10,433 nucleotides of DNA, taken from contig JANOAV010000096.1 in assembly GCA_031411295.1 (NCBI GenBank), positions 1 through 10,433 on the forward strand, read 5' to 3'. Below the pieces are notes generated by a model. It was given only the letters and a program-made list of their open reading frames with translations, was not told where the DNA came from and did no database searches. The DNA comes from Verrucomicrobiales bacterium (lineage in GTDB: Bacteria > Verrucomicrobiota > Verrucomicrobiia > Verrucomicrobiales > V1-33). Positions 7,301-10,433 of this stretch are shown piece by piece. The translations under genes and the position numbers were made by a program. Numbering within the stretch: the stretch's first letter is position 1; each line of letters starts with the position of its first letter.

Positions 7301-9978
7301 ACAACCAGCTTGGGGGTGATTTCCTGCTCGGTTGGCAAAATGGCACGCACGGTTACGTGAATGTCGAGAGCGGAGGGAAGATGACTCACAACTGGTGGCT
7401 GCGCATTGGGATCGATGGCGGTTCCACCGGTCGCTTAAAAGTTGATGGTGCGGGATCCCTCTTCAAACATAACGATGGCACGGGGGGAGACTCTAGATTC
7501 TACATCGGAGAGGGTGGCGCAGGCGAACTGATCATTTCCAATGGGGGACAACTGATCCACGGTGGAGCGGAAACCCGTGTCGGATGGCATAATGGCTCGA
7601 ACGGCAAAGTGGATGTGAATACGGGTGGTATCCTGACCTTGAACAACGGGTCACTCTTGGTCGGAAATGAATCCGGCTCCCTGGGCACGGTCGATGTGAA
7701 GAGTGGGGGTAAAGTTTCCGTGAACAACGGTTGGCTGCAAATTGGCGAAAGCGCCGGCTCCACCGGCACCGTGACGGTGGATGGCGTGGGCTCGCGCTTT
7801 GAACATGATCTCGTCAATGCTGGCCATTCGATGTCCATCGGACAAAGCGGCACTGGCACGCTCATCATTCGTAATGGAGCGGTCTTCAATGACGGTGGTT
7901 CTCGCGTGCTGGTAGGCCGGGACAACACGGGCGTGGGTTCCCTGCAAGTGCTCAGCGGAGGCACCTTCAACCACTCTATAGGCTATGACAGTGACGACTG
8001 GTCGCTCTTCATCGGCGGCACGCATGAAGCTGCTGGCACCGGCCGCGGCACGGCTACCGTTTCCGGAACCGGTTCCACCCTGAATTCCAACGCCATCCAC
8101 ATCGGTCGCAGTGGGGCCACTGGCTACTTTAATATCGCAGACAATGGCACCGTGAACACCATCTTCAATGTCGAAGTAGGTCTCTATGGGGGCAACGGAA
8201 CGGTGAACAAGACCGGCGGCACGCTGAATGTGAATCGAGACTTGGTGGTCGGCCGCAGCGCCACGGGCTCCTTCACCAATAGCGGTGGCACCAGCAATGT
8301 GAATGGGTTTTACGTTGGTATTAACAGTGGAGCCGTTGGCACGGTCAATATCACGGGCGGCACGGTCCAAAACAATGGGTGGGTCGATATCGGGAGGAAC
8401 GGCACCGGCACGGTAAATGTGGAAGAACCCACGGCCCGTTTCCTTGGTTCCATCTCGGACATGCAAGTTGGCTATGGAGCTGGCGGCTTGGGGACAGTGA
8501 ATATTACCAACGGCGGCCAAATGACTCACAACTGGTGGATCAACCTCGGGCGTGGTGGTGGTTCCACCGGGAACATGCTCGTCGATGGCGTGGGCTCCAA
8601 ACTAACCCAAGGCACCAGAGTCGATACCCAAGACAGCCGATTCAACATCGGGGCGGATCCAAATGATGGAGCCAACGTCCAGACCGGCACGTTGACCATC
8701 AGTGATCACGGCTTGGTCGAGCGCACTGCGCTGGGTGGGGAAGTCAACGTGGGCCGGAATGCTGGCTCCACCGGGACCGTCAACATCGAAGGCGGTGGAC
8801 GTTTCACCAATGCCGGGGGGACAGCGTTCATTGGCGTCAATGGTGGGACCGGCTTCCTGAGTGTCTCCGACCCGGGATCTGAATTCTCCATCAATGGGGA
8901 ACTATACGCTGGCTTCAATGGCGGCTCCAATGGCACCATCGAGCAATACGATGGTCTGGTTGCCTCCAACAACCTCCGCGTCGGCACGAACTCTGCCCTC
9001 GGCACCTATAGCATGTTCGACGGCACCATCACGGTTCCAGGCGACCTTACCATCGGCTGGCAAGGGACCGCCACTGGCGCGATGACCATTTCCGGCGGCA
9101 CCGCCACGGTGAACACGGACACTTATGTTGGTGTGGACGGCACCGCTTCTGGCACGCTGAACATTGACGGCGGCACGCTGATCACCGGCCACCTCATCGT
9201 GGCACGGGATGCTGCGAATACTGGCACCGTGCAACTGGATGGTGACGGCACATTAGCGACCAACTTCATGACCAATGCTGCCGGAACTGCGCAGGTGAAT
9301 TTCAATGGCGGCACCGTCCGTGCGCGGTCCAATCGAGTCAACTTCTTCGAGGGCTTCACGACGGCAAACAGCCAACTGCAAACGGGTGGCCTGCTCTTTG
9401 ATTCCGCTGGCTTCTCCGCGAGCGCCACCAACGCCTTCGACGGTCCCGGTGGGATCACCAAAGTAGGCACCGGCACCCTCGCCTTGGCTGGACCGAACGT
9501 TTACAGCGGAGACACCTCCGTCCAAGGCGGCACCCTGCTACTAGGCGCCAGCAACGTTATCCCCGACGTCTCTGCTCTCAAGCTCAGCTCGGGCGCCACC
9601 CTGGCGACTGGTGGATTCAGCGATTCCACTGGCCCGCTCAGCGTGACTGGAACTGCCATCATCGACATGGCAGGTGGCGACTCAGTCCTCACCTTCGCCA
9701 ACGTCGGCACTTGGACCAGCCTGTTGAACGTCTTGAACTACACGGGAGCTTCCTGGACGCTGGGCACGGATAAACTGATCTTTACCGCCGGCAGCGGCAG
9801 CATCAATCTGGCCAACGTCGAGTTCTACAGCGACAATGGTATCACCAAGATCGGCAGCGGCGGCGGTGGACTCATTGGCATCGAACTCGTTCCCGTCCCC
9901 GAGCCCGCAGCCATCCTTGCCACCAGCCTGTTAGGCCTGGCCATCCTGCGTCGGGAAACCCGCCGGCGGCGGATTTAA
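4330..9978 (+). CDS. Large secreted beta-strand-repeat (autotransporter passenger-like) protein with a PEP-CTERM sorting signal (1882 aa)
   Basis: Basic N-region, a hydrophobic stretch and a probable ALHA|ED cleavage site. Dozens of ~24-28 aa repeats of the form (V/I)G-x(3-6)-GT(V/L)N(V/I)xGG, resembling T5SS/PEP-CTERM-associated repeats. C-terminus is VPEP + TM helix + RRETRRRRI. Confidence 0.92.
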   Translation: MTLRSRFRPLSFKLKLTSARSLCGAWVLGLTLASLPVALHAEDWNVFSGNWSAPLNWNPTTVPNASDANLVNGGTATVDSAVTNALTLKINSASVLNVQAGGALTADTGEIGDGSAGTINVSGGTLTFSNHVNFGTGGGIGIINQTGGTVNANGQWMAIGLGGGAAGSAYNLSGGTLATLVGVEVGSDRAGDMTISGTGLANIGGTVEVGVRNGSNGHLTVGSGTLNAASISIGSRQSLASGLVDMNGTGVINLTGALIVGNSGTGTFTQTGGTLNMNGNQILVGEQAGGMGTFNFSAWTINNLGSIFAGRNGGTGVFNQTGGTIGFNGGVQAALGTGAGSTGTINVSGGSTVMNNTSGADWQIGFNGGTGNFNVTAGGTVNHNWWLNVARGGGSVGNVKVDGTNSKIQLSAGQVNIGEDGIGTLEVKNGGKFSSTEEFSIGRNGGSNGTVTLAGAGSLIDLTGDIYVGRNGTGTFSQSNGTLDLHGRRIQVADGANSIGTVNLTGGTVANSQWFHVGSNLGSLGTVNMNYTDSATILQTDRIYVGNNNGTGIMNVQSGRLRLNTFGEVGRGGGTGTLNVSGAGRVEAFTGGSVDDFFRVGGIDGASGNGTVNITAGGQLTTNNGWLTMGQNDGSVGLTKVSGTGSSLTARGMIVGWSGSGKGTLTIENNAVATNFGHELSIGRDHANTEGIVNITSGGTLNAGNDARIGHNGKGTVNINAGTFNGQGGWIYIGDGGASNGTLNVTNGVFNNVAGTMIGNNVGAIGTVNVTGTSTFTSGEVMMVGRYGKGTFNQNGGVVNANQWMGIGGDGSGADGTYKLGADNVSGGRLNVASELYVGRLASTGLLELGTGSILSIGNVLNIAQESAAARGTVLNHGGAITVGGELNVGVTTAGAVGVYTQTSGSLTANGMGGAGGNDANTVGRDGATGTLSINGGTAQINGGLNVGRGGGIGEVNIGGGTMNHDGWLTVGRDGAGTGTVNVRNNGVYTHNQLGGDFLLGWQNGTHGYVNVESGGKMTHNWWLRIGIDGGSTGRLKVDGAGSLFKHNDGTGGDSRFYIGEGGAGELIISNGGQLIHGGAETRVGWHNGSNGKVDVNTGGILTLNNGSLLVGNESGSLGTVDVKSGGKVSVNNGWLQIGESAGSTGTVTVDGVGSRFEHDLVNAGHSMSIGQSGTGTLIIRNGAVFNDGGSRVLVGRDNTGVGSLQVLSGGTFNHSIGYDSDDWSLFIGGTHEAAGTGRGTATVSGTGSTLNSNAIHIGRSGATGYFNIADNGTVNTIFNVEVGLYGGNGTVNKTGGTLNVNRDLVVGRSATGSFTNSGGTSNVNGFYVGINSGAVGTVNITGGTVQNNGWVDIGRNGTGTVNVEEPTARFLGSISDMQVGYGAGGLGTVNITNGGQMTHNWWINLGRGGGSTGNMLVDGVGSKLTQGTRVDTQDSRFNIGADPNDGANVQTGTLTISDHGLVERTALGGEVNVGRNAGSTGTVNIEGGGRFTNAGGTAFIGVNGGTGFLSVSDPGSEFSINGELYAGFNGGSNGTIEQYDGLVASNNLRVGTNSALGTYSMFDGTITVPGDLTIGWQGTATGAMTISGGTATVNTDTYVGVDGTASGTLNIDGGTLITGHLIVARDAANTGTVQLDGDGTLATNFMTNAAGTAQVNFNGGTVRARSNRVNFFEGFTTANSQLQTGGLLFDSAGFSASATNAFDGPGGITKVGTGTLALAGPNVYSGDTSVQGGTLLLGASNVIPDVSALKLSSGATLATGGFSDSTGPLSVTGTAIIDMAGGDSVLTFANVGTWTSLLNVLNYTGASWTLGTDKLIFTAGSGSINLANVEFYSDNGITKIGSGGGGLIGIELVPVPEPAAILATSLLGLAILRRETRRRRI
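9451..9546 (+). repeat. Single autotransporter-associated beta-strand repeat (PATR-like) within the large CDS
   Basis: GITKVGTGTLALAGPNVYSGDTSVQGGTLLLG matches the consensus GLTKxGxGTLxLxGxNTYxGxTxVxxGTL. Confidence 0.85.
9895..9978 (+). other. PEP-CTERM exosortase sorting signal
   Basis: VPEP (9895-9906), then the hydrophobic segment AAILATSLLGLAIL, then an Arg cluster at the C-terminus. Confidence 0.92.
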
Positions 9979-10002
9979 AGCATTCCCCAAAGGATCCGGT
10001 AG

Positions 10003-10046
10003 AATGTGGAGCAGTCCGCTGTGCTGCTCCACATTTGTTGTTATTT
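10003..10046 (+). terminator. Intrinsic terminator after the PEP-CTERM gene
   Basis: Perfect 12-bp inverted repeat, aatgtggagcag (10003-10014) and ctgctccacatt (10024-10035), followed by the T-rich tgttgttattt. Confidence 0.8.
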
Positions 10047-10181
10047 CGGTGGTGTCGAGCCTTTAGCGGCTTCAACGCGACAGCAGCATTCGGCGCGTGA
10101 CTCTGGTGGGGCTAATGCTGGCGTAAGCCCGCAGAAATGTCCTGGGCGAATTCTGATGTCTGATCCACGGGGAGGGTTCGA

Positions 10182-10202
10182 CGGGCTGAAGCCCCGGACT
10201 AC
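10182..10202 (-). repeat. GTAG-type REP-like palindrome
   Basis: The minus strand reads GTAGTCCGGGGCTTCAGCCCG: a GTAG foot followed by a GGGC-TTCA-GCCC hairpin. There is only one copy in the window, so repetition cannot be shown. Confidence 0.5.
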
Positions 10203-10213
10203 GCTCCCTTAAA

Positions 10214-10240
10214 GTAGTCATCATCGCTCCGCGTGATGAC
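10214..10240 (+). repeat. Second GTAG-type REP-like palindrome of a different sequence class
   Basis: GTAGTCATCATCGCTCCGCGTGATGAC, with the stem gtcatca/tgatgac and an inner cgc/gcg pair around a tcc loop. Confidence 0.5.
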
Positions 10241-10433
10241 CAGCGCGATTTCCCTGTCCCGCCACCGCTACGAATCACCATACGCCAGCGTGCCTGCCAT
10301 GCGCCGTTGATGCCAACGCCGTCCTGCGCTAGGCAGGCTCAGACATCCTGACCTGGCCGGAAAAATCGATGATCTGATGGTTTGAAAAACGAGGGTTAGG
10401 TCCGTGCCTGGGTAGGTGGTTTCGGTCTCGTTG

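Noticed and set aside
4323..9710. Many long minus-strand ORFs within the giant gene
   Set aside because: The Pro/Val-rich antisense translations result from the Gly/Thr/Asn codon bias of the real gene.
4330..9978. Ice-binding or RTX-type adhesin assignment
   Set aside because: There is no regular TxT array and no GGxGxDxL nonapeptides. The repeats fit the passenger/PEP-CTERM-associated type.
9872..10281. Short ORFs after the PEP-CTERM gene (9872-10075, 10006-10212, 10072-10281)
   Set aside because: They overlap the terminator and REP-like palindromes and have no protein-like features.

Overview
A bacterial genomic window, probably from a PVC-superphylum organism such as a verrucomicrobium. 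That placement is inferred from a PEP-CTERM protein with T5SS/PEP-CTERM-type repeats and from A/C-rich leaders without Shine-Dalgarno sequences. The window starts with a poly-C tract that is probably an artefact. Four genes follow on the minus strand, listed left to right: a Mn-type superoxide dismutase with an intrinsic terminator; an Rpn/PD-(D/E)XK-family nuclease with an EGRA tandem repeat and an apparent leaderless promoter; a beta-carbonic anhydrase with a probable lipoprotein signal; and an SbtA-like Na+/bicarbonate permease. A small winged-helix regulator is transcribed divergently, and a candidate palindromic operator overlaps the permease promoter. The rest is a 1882-aa Gly/Asn/Thr-rich beta-solenoid PEP-CTERM surface protein, its terminator, and two GTAG-type REP-like palindromes. 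The most interesting candidates are (i) a regulated inorganic-carbon uptake module with no adjacent sbtB (regulator + SbtA-like permease + exported beta-CA) and (ii) the giant Trp-laddered surface solenoid with a ~1300-aa proline-free core. All family assignments come from motif recognition by eye; no database search was run.
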